This document shows positions 44,901 through 56,900 of a stretch of DNA of 64,000 bases, one piece after another. Made by a program: the position numbers and the translations under genes. Source of the DNA: Eledone cirrhosa (taxonomy: Eukaryota); assembly GCA_964016885.1 (NCBI GenBank), contig OZ024743.1, positions 181,226,001 to 181,290,000 of the forward strand, read 5' to 3'. The number at the start of each line of letters is the position of its first letter. Position 1 is the stretch's first letter. A model generated the notes under the pieces. It saw only the letters and a list, made by a program, of their open reading frames with translations, did no database searches and was not told where the DNA came from.

Positions 44901-47900
44901 AGTATTTTTCGTAAGGTGGGGTAAGGGTAGTATTTTTCGTATGGTACGGTGAGGGGTAGTATTTTTCGTAAGAGGAGTAATGGTAGTATTTTTTTATGGG
45001 ACTGTAAGGGTAGTATTTTTCGTAAGGTGGGAAGGGTGGTATTTTTCGTAAGGTGGGTAAGGGTAGTATTTTTCGTAAGGTACGGTAAGGGGTAGTATCA
45101 TTCGTAAGGTGGGTAAGGGTAGTATATTTCCTATGGTACGGTAAGTGGTAATATATTTCGTAAAGTGGGTAACGGTGGTATTTCTCGTAAGGTGGGTAAG
45201 GGTAGTATTTTTCGTATGGTGGGTAAGGTGTAGTATTTTTTCGTATAGTGGGTAAGGTGTAGTATTATTCGTATGGTGGGTAAGGTGTAGTATTTTTCGT
45301 ATGGTGGGTAAGGGTAAAATTTTTCGTTAAGTGGGTAACGGGTAGTATTTTTCGTATGGTGGGTAAGGTGTAGTATTTTTTCGTATAGTGGGTAACGGGT
45401 AGTATTTTCGTAAGGTGGGTAAGGTGGAGTATTTTTCGTAATGTGGGTAAAGGGTAGTATTTTTCGTAAGGTGGGGTAAGGGGTAGTATTATTCGTAAGG
45501 TACGATAAGGGGTAGTATTTTTCGTAAGTTGGGTAAGGTGTAGTATTTTTCGTAAGGTGGGTAAGGTGTAGTATTTTTCGGATGGTGGGAAAGATGTAGT
45601 ATTTTTCGTAAAGTGGGTAAGGTGTAGTATTTTTCGTATGGTGGGTAAGTTGTAGTATTTTTCGTAAGGTGGGTAAGGTGAAGTATTTTCCGTAAGGGGG
45701 TAAGGGTTAGTATTTTTCGTAAGGTACGGTAAGGGGTAGTATTTTTTGTAAGGTGGGTAAGGGTAGTATTTTGCGTAAGGTGGGTAAGGGGTAGTATTTT
45801 TCGTAATGTGGGTAAGGTGTAGTATTTTTCGTATGGTGGGTAAGGTGTAGTATTTTTCGTATGGTGGGTAAGGATAGTATTTTTCATAAGGTGGGTAAGA
45901 AGTAGTATTTTTCGTGTGGTGTGTAAGGTGTAGTATTTTTCGTATGATGGGTAAGGTGTAGTATTTTTCGTAAGGTGGGTAAGGGTAGTATTTTTTCGTA
46001 AGGTGGGTAACGGGTAGTTTATTTCGTAACGTGGGTAAGCGTAGTATCTTTCGTAAGGTGAGTAAGGATAGTATTTTTCGTAAGGTGGGGTAAGGGTAGT
46101 ATTTTTCGTATGGTACGGTGAGGGGTAGTATTTTTCGTAAGAGGAGTAATGGTAGTATTTTTTTATGGGACTGTAAGGGTAGTATTTTTCGTAAGGTGGG
46201 AAGGGTGGTATTTTTCGTAAGGTGGGTAACGGTAGTATTTTTCGTAAGGTACGGTAAGGGGTAGTATCATTCGTAAGGTGGGTAAGGGTAGTATATTTCC
46301 TATGGTACGGTAAGTGGTAATATATTTCGTAAAGTGGGTAACGGTGGTATTTCTCCTAAGGTGGGTAAGGGTAGTATTTTTCGTATGGTGGGTAAGGTGT
46401 AGTATTTTTTCGTATAGTGGGTAAGGTGTAGTATTATTCGTATGGTGGGTAAGGTGTAGTATTTTTCGTATGGTGGGTAAGGGTAGTTTTTTCGAAAGGT
46501 GGGTAAGGGTAGTATTTTTCGTATGGTGGGTAAGGTGTAGTATTTTTCGTAAGGTGGGTAAGGTGTAGTATTTTTCGTATTGTGGGTAAGGTGTAGTATT
46601 TTTCGTATGGTGGGTAAGGGTAATATTTTTGGTATGGTGGGTAAGGGTAGTATTTTTCGTATGGTGGGTAAGGTGTAGTATTTTTCAATTGTTGGGTAAG
46701 GTGTAGTATTTTTCGTATTGTGGGTAAGGGTAGTATTTTTCGTATGGTGGGTAAGGTGTAGTATTTTTCGTTTGGTGGGTAAGGTGTAGTATTTTTCATA
46801 TGGTGGGTAAGGTGTAGTATTTTTCGTATGGTGGGTGAGGGTAGTATTTTTCGTATGGTGAGTAAGGGTAGTATTTATCGTATGGTGTGTAAGGTGTAGT
46901 ATTTTTCGTATAGTGGGTAAGGTGTAGTATTTTTCGTATGATGGGTAAGGGTAGTATTTTTCGTAAGGTGGGTAAGGGTAGTATTTTGCGTAAGGTGGGT
47001 AAGGTGTAGTATTTTTCGAAGGTGGGTTAGGGGTAGTATTTTTCGTAAGGTGGGTATGGTGTAGTATTTTTCGTATGGTGGGTATGGTGTAGTATTTTTC
47101 GTATGGTGGGTAAGGATAGTATTTTTCGTATGGTGGGTAAGATGTAGTATTTTTCGTAAGGTGGATAAGGTGTAGTATTTTTCGTAAGGTGGGTAAGGTG
47201 TAGTATTTTTCGTAAGGTGGGTAAGGTGTAGTATTTTTCGTAAGGTGGTAAGGTGTAGTATTTTTCGTATTGTGGGTAAGGTGTAGTATTTTTCGTATGG
47301 TGGATAAGGTGTAATATTTTTCGTATGGTGGGTAAGGTGTAGTATTTTTCGTAAGATGGGTAAGGGTAGTATTTTTTCGTAAGGTGGGTAACGGGTAGTA
47401 TTTTTCGTAAGGTGGGTCAGGTGTAGTATTTTTCGTAAGGTGTGTAAGGGGTAGTATTTTTCGTAATGTGAGTAAGGTGTAGTATTTTTCGTAGGTGGGT
47501 AAGGGTTAGTATTTTTCGTAAAGTTGGGTAAGGGGTAGTATTATTCGTAAGGTACGGTAAGGGGTAGTATTTTTCGTAAGGTGTGTAAGGTGTAGTATTT
47601 TTCGTAGGTGGGTAAGGTGTAGTATTTTTAGTATGGTGGGGAAGATGTAGTATTTTTCGATAGGTGGGTAAGGTGTAGTATTTTTCGTATGGTGGGTAGG
47701 GTGTAGTATTTTTCGTAAGGTGGGTAAGATGAAGTATTTTCCGTGAGGTGGGTAAGGGGTAGTATTTTACGTAAGGTACGGTAAGGGGTATTATTTTTCG
47801 TAAGGTGGGGTAAGGGTAGTATTTTTCGTGAGGTGGGTAAGGTGTATTTTTCGTATGGTGGGTAAGGTGTAGTATTTTTCGTATGGTGGGTAAGGTGTAG

Positions 47901-50900
47901 TATTTTTCGTATGGTGGGTAAGGGTAGTATTTTTCGTAAGGTGGGTAGGGGGTAGTATTTTTCGTAAGGTGGGTCAGGTGTAGTATTTTTCGTAAGGTGG
48001 GTAAGGTGTAGTATTTTTTCGTATCGTGGGTAAGGTGTAGTATTTTTCGTATGGTGTAGAAGGTGTAGTATCTTTCGTATGGTGGGTAAGGGGTAGTATT
48101 TTTCGTATGGTGGGTAAGGTGGAGTATTTTTCGTAAAGTGGGTAAGGTGTAGTATTTTTCGTAAGGTGGGTAAGGTGTAGTATTTTTCGATTGGTGGGTA
48201 AGGGTAGTATTTTTCGTATGGTGGGTAAGGGGTAGTATTTTTCGTAAGGTGGGTAAGGGTAGTATTTTTCGTATGGTGGGTAAGGGTAGTATTTTTCGTA
48301 TGGTGGGTAAGGTGTAGTATTTTTCGTATGGTGGGTAAGGTGTAGTATTTTTCATATGGTGGGTAAGGTGTAGTATTTTTCGTATGGTGGGTAAGGGTAG
48401 TATTTATCGTATGATGGGTAAGGTGTAGTATTTTTCGAGAGGTGGGTAAAGTGTAGTATTTTTCGTAAGGTGGGTAAGGGTAGTAATTTTGGTAAGGTGG
48501 GTAAGGGTATTATTTTTCGTACTGTGGTAAGGGTAGTATTTTTCGTATGGTGGGTAAGGGTATTATTCTTCGTAAGGTGGGTAAAGTGTAGTATTTTTCG
48601 TAAGGTGGTAAGGGTAGTATTTTTCGTATGTGAGTAAGGGTAGTATTTTTCATAAGGTGAGTAAGGATAGTATTTTTCGTAAGGTGGGGTAAGGGTAGTA
48701 TTTTTCGTATGGTACGGTGAGGGGTAGTATTTTTCGTAAGAGGAGTAATGGTAGTATTTTTTTATGGGACTGTAAGGGTAGTATTTTTCGTAAGGTGGGA
48801 AGGGTGGTATTTTTCGTAAGGTGAGTAAGGGTAGTATTTTTCGTAAGGTACGGTAAGGGGTAGTATCATTCGTAAGGTGGGTAAGGGTAGTATTTTTCGT
48901 ATGGTGGGTAAGGTGTAGTATTTTTTCGTATAGTGGGTAAGGTGTAGTATTATTCGTATGGTGGGTAAGGTGTAGTATTTTTCGTATGGTGGGTAAGGGT
49001 AGAATTTTTCGTTAAGTGGGTAACGGGTAGTATTTTTCGTATGGTGGGTAAGGTGTAGTATTTTTTCGTATAGTGGGTAACGGGTAGTATTTTCGTAAGG
49101 TGGGTAAGGTGGAGTATTTTTCGTAATGTGGGTAAGGGGTAGTATTTTTCGTAAGGTGGGGTAAGGGGTAGTATTATTCGTAAGGTACGGTAAGGGGTAG
49201 TATTTTTCGTAAGTTGGGTAAGGTGTAGTATTTTTCGTAAGGTGGGTAAGGTGTAGTATTTTTCGGATGGTGGGAAAGATGTAGTATTTTTCGTAAAGTG
49301 GGTAAGGTGTAGTATTTTTCGTATGGTGGGTAAGTTGTAGTATTTTTCGTAAGGTGGGTAAGGTGAAGTATTTTCCATAAGGGGGTAAGGGTTAGTATTT
49401 TTCGTAAGGTACGGTAAGGGGTAGTATTTTTTGTAAGGTGGGTAAGGGTAGTATTTTTCGTAAGGTGGGTAAGGTGTAGTATTTTGCGTAAGGTGGGTAA
49501 GGGGTAGTATTTTTCGTAATGTGGGTAAGGTGTAGTATTTTTCGTATGGTGGGTAAGGTGTAGTATTTTTCGTATGGTGGGTAAGGATAGTATTTTTCAT
49601 AAGGTGGGTAAGAAGTAGTATTTTTCGTATGGTGTGTAAGGTGTAGTATTTTTCGTATGATGGGTAAGGTGTAGTATTTTTCGTAAGGTGGGTAAGGGTA
49701 GTATTTTTTCGTAAGGTGGGTAACGGGTAGTTTATTTCGTAAGGTGGGTAAGCGTAGTATCTTTCGTAAGGTGGGTAAGGGTGGTATTTTTCGTATGGTG
49801 GGTAAATACTACCCCTTACCGTACTTTACGAATAATACTACCACTTACCCCAACTTACGAAAATTACTACCCTTTACCCACCAAGGTGTAGTATATTTCG
49901 TAAGCTGGGTAAGGGTAGTAATTTTGGTAAGGTGGGTCAGGGTAGTATTTTTCGTAAGGTGGGTAAGGTTAGTATTTTTCGTAAGGTGGGTAAGGGTAGT
50001 ATTTTTTGTAAGGTTGCTAAGCGTAGTATTTTTCATACTTCGGTAAGGTGTAGTATCTTTCGTAAGGTGGGTAAGGGTAGTATTTTTCGTAAGGTGGGTA
50101 AGGGTAGTATTTTTCGTAAGGTGGGGTAAGGTGTAGTATTTTTCGTAATGTACGGTAAGCGGTAATATTTTTTGTAAGGTGGGTAAAGGTAGTATCTTTC
50201 GTAAGGTGGAAAAGCGTAGTATCTTTCGTAAGGTGGGTAAGGTGTAGTATTTTTCGTAAGGTGGTAAGGGTAGTATTTTTCGTAAGATGGGAAGGGTAGT
50301 ATTTTTCGAAAGGTGGGCAAAGGTAGTGTTTTTCGTAAGGTGGGTAAGGATAGTATTTTTCGTAAAGTGGGGTAAGGGGTAGTATTTTTCGTAAGGAGGG
50401 TAAGGGTAGTATTTTTCGTAAGGTACGGTAAGCGGTAGTATTTTTCGTAAGGTGGGTAAGGATAGTATTTTTCGTAAGGTGGGGTGAGAGTAGTATTTTT
50501 AGTAAGGTTGGTAAGAGTGGTATTTTTCGTAAGGTGGGTAAGGGGTAGTATTTTTCGTAAGGTGGTAAGGGTAGTATTTTTCGTAAGATGGGAAGGGTAG
50601 TATTTTTCGAAAGGTGGGCAAAGGTAGTGTTTTTCGTAAGGTACGGTAAGCGGTAGTATTTTTCGTAAGGTGGGTAAGGATAGTATTTTTCGTAAAGTGG
50701 GGTAAGGGGTAGTATTTTTCGTAAGGAGGGTAAGGGTAGTATTTTTCGTAAGGTACGGTAAGCGGTAGTATTTTTCGTAAGGTGGGTAAGGATAGTATTT
50801 TTCGTAAGGTGGGGTGAGAGTAGTATTTTTAGTAAGGTTGGTAAGAGTGGTATTTTTCGTAAGGTGGGTAAGGGGTAGTATTTTTCGTAACGTGGGTAAG

Positions 50901-53900
50901 GGTAGTATTTTTCGTAATGTGGGTAAGGGTGGTATTTTTCGTATGGTGGGTAAGGGTAGTATTTTTCGTAAGGTACGGTAAGGGGTAGTATTTTTCGTAA
51001 GATGGGTAAGAGTAGTATTTTTTGTAAGGTACAGTAAGCGGTAGTATTTTATCGTAAGTTGGGTAAAGGTAGTATTTTTCGTAAGGTGGGTAAGCGTAGT
51101 ATCTTTCGTAAGGTGGGTAAGGGTAGTATTTTTCGTCATGTGGGTAAGGGTGGTATTTTTCGTATGGTGGGTCAGGTGTAGTATTTTTCGTAAGGTGGGG
51201 TAAGAGGTAGTATTTTTCGTAAGATACGCTAAGGGGTAGTATTTTTTGTAAGGTGGAGTAAGGGTAGTATTTTTCGTAAGTGGAGTAAGGGTAGTATTTT
51301 TCGTAAGGTGGGTAAGAGTGGTATTTTCGTAAGGTACGTTAAGGTGTAGTATTTTTCGTAAAGAGGGTAAGGTGTAGTATTTTCGTGATGTGGGTAAGGG
51401 TAGTATTTTTTTGAGGTGGGTAAGGGTAGTATTTTTCGTAAGGTCGGTAAGGGTAGTATTTTTCGTATGGTGGTAAGGGTAGTATTTTTCGTTAGGTGAG
51501 TAAGGTGCAGTATTTTTCCTATGGTGGATAAGGTGTAGTATTTTTCGTATGGTGGGTAAGGGTAGTATTTTTCGTAATGTACGGTAAGGGGTAGTATTTT
51601 TCGTAAGGTTTGTAAGAGTAGTATTTTTCGTAATGTGGAGAGAGTAGTATTTTTCGTAATGTGGGTAAGTGTAGTAATTTGGTAAGGTGGGTAAGGGTAG
51701 TATTTTTCATAATGTGGGTAAGGGTAGTATTTTTCGTATGGTGGGTATGGGTAGTATTTTTCGTTAGTTGGGTAAGGGTAGTATTTTTCGTAAGGTGGGT
51801 AAGGTGTAGTATTTTTCGTAAGGTGGTAAGGGTAGTATTTTTCGTAAGGTGGGTAAGGGAAGTATTTTTCGTAAGGTGGGGCAAGGTTAGTATTTTTCGT
51901 ATGGTACGGTGAGGGGTAGTATTTTTCGTAAGCGGGGTAATGGTAGTATTTTTTTATGGTACGGTAAGGGTAGTATTTTTCGTAAGGTGGGTAAGTGTGG
52001 TATTTTTCGTAAGGTGGGTAAGGGTAGTATTTTTCGTAAGGTACGGTAAGTGTAGTATCATTCGTAAGGTGGGTAAGGGTAGTATTTTTCCTATGATACG
52101 GTAAGGGGTAATATATTTCGTAAAGTGGGTAACGGTGGTATTACTCGTAAGGTGAGTATGGGTAGTATTTTTCGTAAGGTGAGTAAGGTGTGGTATTTTT
52201 CATATGGTGCGTAAGGTGTATTATTTTTTCGTATAGTGGGTAAGGTGTAGTATTTTTCGTATGGTGGGTAAGGTGTAATATTTTTCGTATGGTGGGTAAG
52301 GGTAGAATTTTTCGTTAAGTGGGTAACGGGTAGTATTTTCGTAGGTGGGTAAGGTGGAGTATTTTTCGTAATGTGAGTAAGGGGTAGTATTTTTCGTAAG
52401 GTGGGGTAAGGGGTAGTATTATTCGTAAGGTACGGTAAGGGGTAGTATTTTTCGTAAGTTGGGTAAGGTGTAGTATTTTTCGTAAGGTGGGTAAGGTGTC
52501 GTATTTTTCGTATGGTGGGTAAGATGTAGTATTTTTCGTAAAGTGGGTAAGGTGTAGTATTTTTCGTATGGTGGGTAAGTTGCAGTATTTTTCATAAGGT
52601 GGGTAAGGTGAAGTATTTTCCGTAAGGAGGGTAAGGGTTAGTATTTTTCGTAACGTGCGGTTAGGGGTATAATTTTTTGTAAGGTGGGGTAAGGGTAGTA
52701 TTTTTCGTAATGTGGGTAAGGGTGGTATTTTTCGTATGGTGGGTAAGGTGGAGTATTTTTCGTAATGTGAGTAAGGGGTAGTATTTTTCGTAAGGTGGGG
52801 TAAGGGGTAGTATTATTCGTATGGTACGGTGAGGGGTAGTATTTTTCGTAAGGGGGGTAACGGTAGTATTTTCTTATGGTATGGTAAGGGTAGTATTTTT
52901 CGTAAGGTGAGTAAGGGTGGTATTTTTCGTAAGGTGGGTAAGGGTAGTATATTTCGTAAGGTACGGTAAGGGGTAGTATCATTCGTAAGGTGGGTAAGGG
53001 TAGTATTTTTCCTAAGGTACGGTAAGGGATAATATATTTCGTAAAGTGGGTAAAGGTGGTATTTCTCGAAAGATGGGTAAGGGTAGTATTTTTCTTAAGG
53101 TGAGTAAGGTGTAGTATTTTTCGTATTGTGGGTAAGGTGTAGTATTTTTCGTATTGTGGGTAAGGTGTAGTATTTTTCGTATGGTGGGTAAGGTGTAGTA
53201 TTTTTCGTATGTTTGGTAAGGGTAGAATGTTTCGATAAGTTGGTAACGGGTAGTATTTTTCGTAAGGTGGGTAAGGTGGAGTATTTTTCGTAAGGTGGGT
53301 AAGGGGTAGTATTTTTCGTAAGGTGGGGTAAGGGGTAGTATTATTCGTAAGCTACGGTAAGGTGTAGTATTTTTCGTAAGGTGGTAAGCCTAGTATTTTT
53401 CGTATGGTCGGTAAGGGTAGTTTTTTTTCGTAAGGTGTGTAAGGGTAGTATTTTTCGTAAGGTGGCTAAGGATAGTATTTTTCGTAAGGTGGGGTAAGGT
53501 GTAGTATTTTTCGTAAGGTACGGTAAGCGGTAATATTTTTTGAAAGGTGGGTAAATGTAGCATCTTTTGTAAGGTGGGAAAGCGTAGTATCTTTCGTAAT
53601 GTAGGTAAGGTGTAGTATTTTTCGTAAGGTGGTAAGGGTAGTATTTTTCGTAAGATGGGTAAGAGTAGTATTTTTTGAAAGTGGGTAAAGGTAGTATTTT
53701 TCGTAAGGTGGGTAAGGATAGTATTTTTCGTAAAGTGGGTAAGGGGTAGTATTTTTGGTAAGGTGAGTAAGGGTAGTATTTTTCGTAAGGTGGGTAAGGG
53801 TAGTATTTTCAGTAAGGTGCCTAAGGGTAGTATTTTTCGTAATGTGGGTAAGGTGTAGTATTTTTCGTAAGGTGGGTAAGGGTAGTATTTTTCGTAAAGT

Positions 53901-56900
53901 GGGTAATGTGTAGTATTTTTCGTAAGGTGGGGTAAGGGGTAGTATTTTTCGTAAGGTACGGTAGGGGTAGTATTTTTCGTAAGGTGGGTAAGGGTGGTAT
54001 TTTTCGTATGGTGGGTAAGGTGTAGTATTTTTCGTAAGGTGGGGTAAGTGGTAGTATTTTTCGTAAGGTTGATAGGGGTGGAATTTCTCGTATGGTGGGT
54101 AAGGAATATTATTTTTCGTAAAGTGGGGTCAGGAGTAGTATTTTTCGTAAGGTACGGTGAGGGGTAGTATTTTTTGTAAGGTGGGTTAAGGGAGGTATTT
54201 TTCGTAAGGTGGGTAAGGGTAGTATTTTACGTAAGGTGGGTAATGTGTAGTATTTTTACTAAGGTGGGGTAAGGGTAGTATTTTTCGTAAGGTACGGTGA
54301 GGGGTACTATTTTTCGTAAGGTTGTAAGGGTAGTATTTTTCGTAAGGTGGGTAAGGTGTAGTATTTTTCGTATGGTGGGTAAGGTGTAGTATTTTTGGTA
54401 TGGTGGGTAAGGTGTAGTATTTTTCTTCTTGTGGGTAGGGTGTAGTATTTTTCTTCTTGTGGGTAAGGGTAGTATTTTACGTAAGGTGGGTAAGGGGTAG
54501 TATTTTTCGTAAGGTGGGCCATTTGAAGTATTTTTCGTAAGGTGGGTAAGGTGTAGTATTTTTCGTATGGTGGGTAAGGTGTAGTATTCTTCTTATGGTG
54601 GGTAAGGTGAAGTATTTTCCGTAAGGTGGGTAAGGGGTAGTATTTTTCGGAAGGTGGGGTAAGGGTAGTGTTTTTCGTAAGGTGGTCAAGGGTAGTATTT
54701 TTCGTAACGTGGTATAAGGGTAGTATTTTTCTAAGGGGGTAAGCATGGTATTTTAAGTAAGGTACGGTAAGGGGTAGTATTTTTCATAGGTGGGTAAGGT
54801 GTATTTTTCGAAAGTTGGGTAACGGTAGTAATTTTGGTAATATGGGTAAGGGTAGTATTTTTCGTAATGTACGGTAAGGGGTAGTATTTTTCGTAATGTG
54901 AGTAAGGGTAGTATTTTTCGTAAGGTTGGTAAGGGTAGTATTTTACGTAATGTGGGTAAGGTCTAGTATTTATCCTAAGGTGGGTAAGGATAGTATTTTT
55001 CGTAAGTAGGTAAGGTGTAGTATTTTTCGTAAGGTACGGTAAGGGGTAGTACTTTTTGTAAGGTGGGTAAGGGTGGTATTTTTCGTAAGGTGGGTAAGGG
55101 TAGTATTTTTCGTAAGGTGGGTAAGAGTAGTAATTTTGGTAAGGTGAGTAAGGGTAGTATTTTTCGTAAGGTACGTTAAGGGGTAGTATTTTTCGTAAGC
55201 TGGGTAAGGGTATTATTTTTCGTAAGGTGCGAAGGGTAGTATTTTTCGTAAGGTGAGTAAGGTGTAGTATTTTTTGTAGGGTGGTAGGCTAGTATTTTTC
55301 GTAAGGTGGGTAAGGGTAGTATTTTTCGTAAGGTGGGTAAGGGTAGTATTTTTCGTATGGTACGGTAAGGGGTAGTATTTTTCGTAAGGTGGGTAAGGGT
55401 AGTATTTTTCGTGATGTGGGTAAGGGTAGTATTTTTTGTAAGGTGGGTAAGGATAGTATTTTTCGTAAGGTGGGGTAAGGCGTAGTATTTTTCGTAAGGT
55501 GGGTATGGGTAGTATTTTTCGTAAAGTGAGTAAGGGTAGTATTTTTCGTAAGGTGGGGGTAAGGGTAGTATTTTTTGTAAGGTACGGTAAGCGGTAGTAT
55601 TTTTTGTAAGGTGGGTAAAGGTAGTATCTTTCGTAAGATGGGTAAGGGTATTATTTTTCGTATGGTGGGTAAGGGTAGTATTGTTCGTAATGTGGGTAAT
55701 GGTAGTATTTTCGTATGGTACGGTATGGGTAGTATTTTTCGTAAGGTGGGTAAGGGTGGTATCTTTCGTGAGGTGGGTAAGGGTAGTATTTTTCGTAAGA
55801 TACGGTAAGGGGTAGTATCTTTCGTAAGGTGGGTAAGGATAGTATTTTTCCTATGGTACGGTAAGGGGTAATATATTTCGTAAGGTGGATAACGGTTGTA
55901 ATTCTCGTAAGGTGGGTAAGGGTAGTATTTTCGTATGGTACGGTAAGGGGTAGTATCTTTCGTAATGTGGGTAAGGGTGGTATTTTTCGTAATGTTGGTA
56001 AGGGTAGTATTTTTCGTAGGGTACGGTAAGGGGTAGTATTTTCGTATGGTACGTTAAGTGGTAGTATTTTTCGTAATGTGGGTAAGGGTAGTATTTTTCG
56101 TAAGGTGGGTAAGGGTTTTATTTTTTTTAGGTGGGTAAGGTGTAGTATTTTTCCTATTGTGGGTAATGGTAGTATTTTTCGTAAGGTGGGTAAGGGTAGT
56201 ATTTTTCGTAAGTTGGGGTAAGGGGTAGTATTTTTCGTAAGGTGGGTAAGGGTAGTATTTTTCGTTAGGTGAGTAAGGTTTTTTTTTTTCTTAAGGTACG
56301 TTAAGGGGTAGTATTTTTCGTAAGGTGGGTAACGGTGGTATTTTCCGTAAGGTACGGTAACCGGTAGTATTTTTCGTAAGGTGGGTAAAGGTAGTATCTT
56401 TCGTAAGGTGGCTAAGCGTAATATCTTTCATAAGGTGGGTAAGGGTAGTATTCTTCGTACGGTACGGTAAGGGTAGTATTTTTCGTAAGGTACGGTAAGG
56501 GGTAGTATCTTTCGTAACGTGGGTTAGGTGTAGTATTTTTCGTAGGTGGGTAAGGGTAGTAATTTTGGTAATGTGGGTAATGGTAGTATTTTTCGTAAGG
56601 TACGGTAAGGGGTCGTATTTTTCGTTATTGGGTAAGGGTAGTATTTTCGTAAGGTGGGTAAGGTAAGTATTTTTCGTAAGGTGGGTAAGGGTAGTATTTT
56701 TCGAAAGGGAGGTACGGATAGTTATTTTTCGTAGGTGGGGTAAGGGGTAGTATTTTTTGTAAGGTGAGTAAGGGTAGTATTTTTCGTAAGGTACGGTAAG
56801 GGGTAGTATTTTTCGTAAGGTGGGTAAAGGTAGTATCTTTCGTAAGGGGGGTAAGCGTAGTATCTTTCGTTAGTTGGGTAAGGGTAGTATTCTTCGTATG

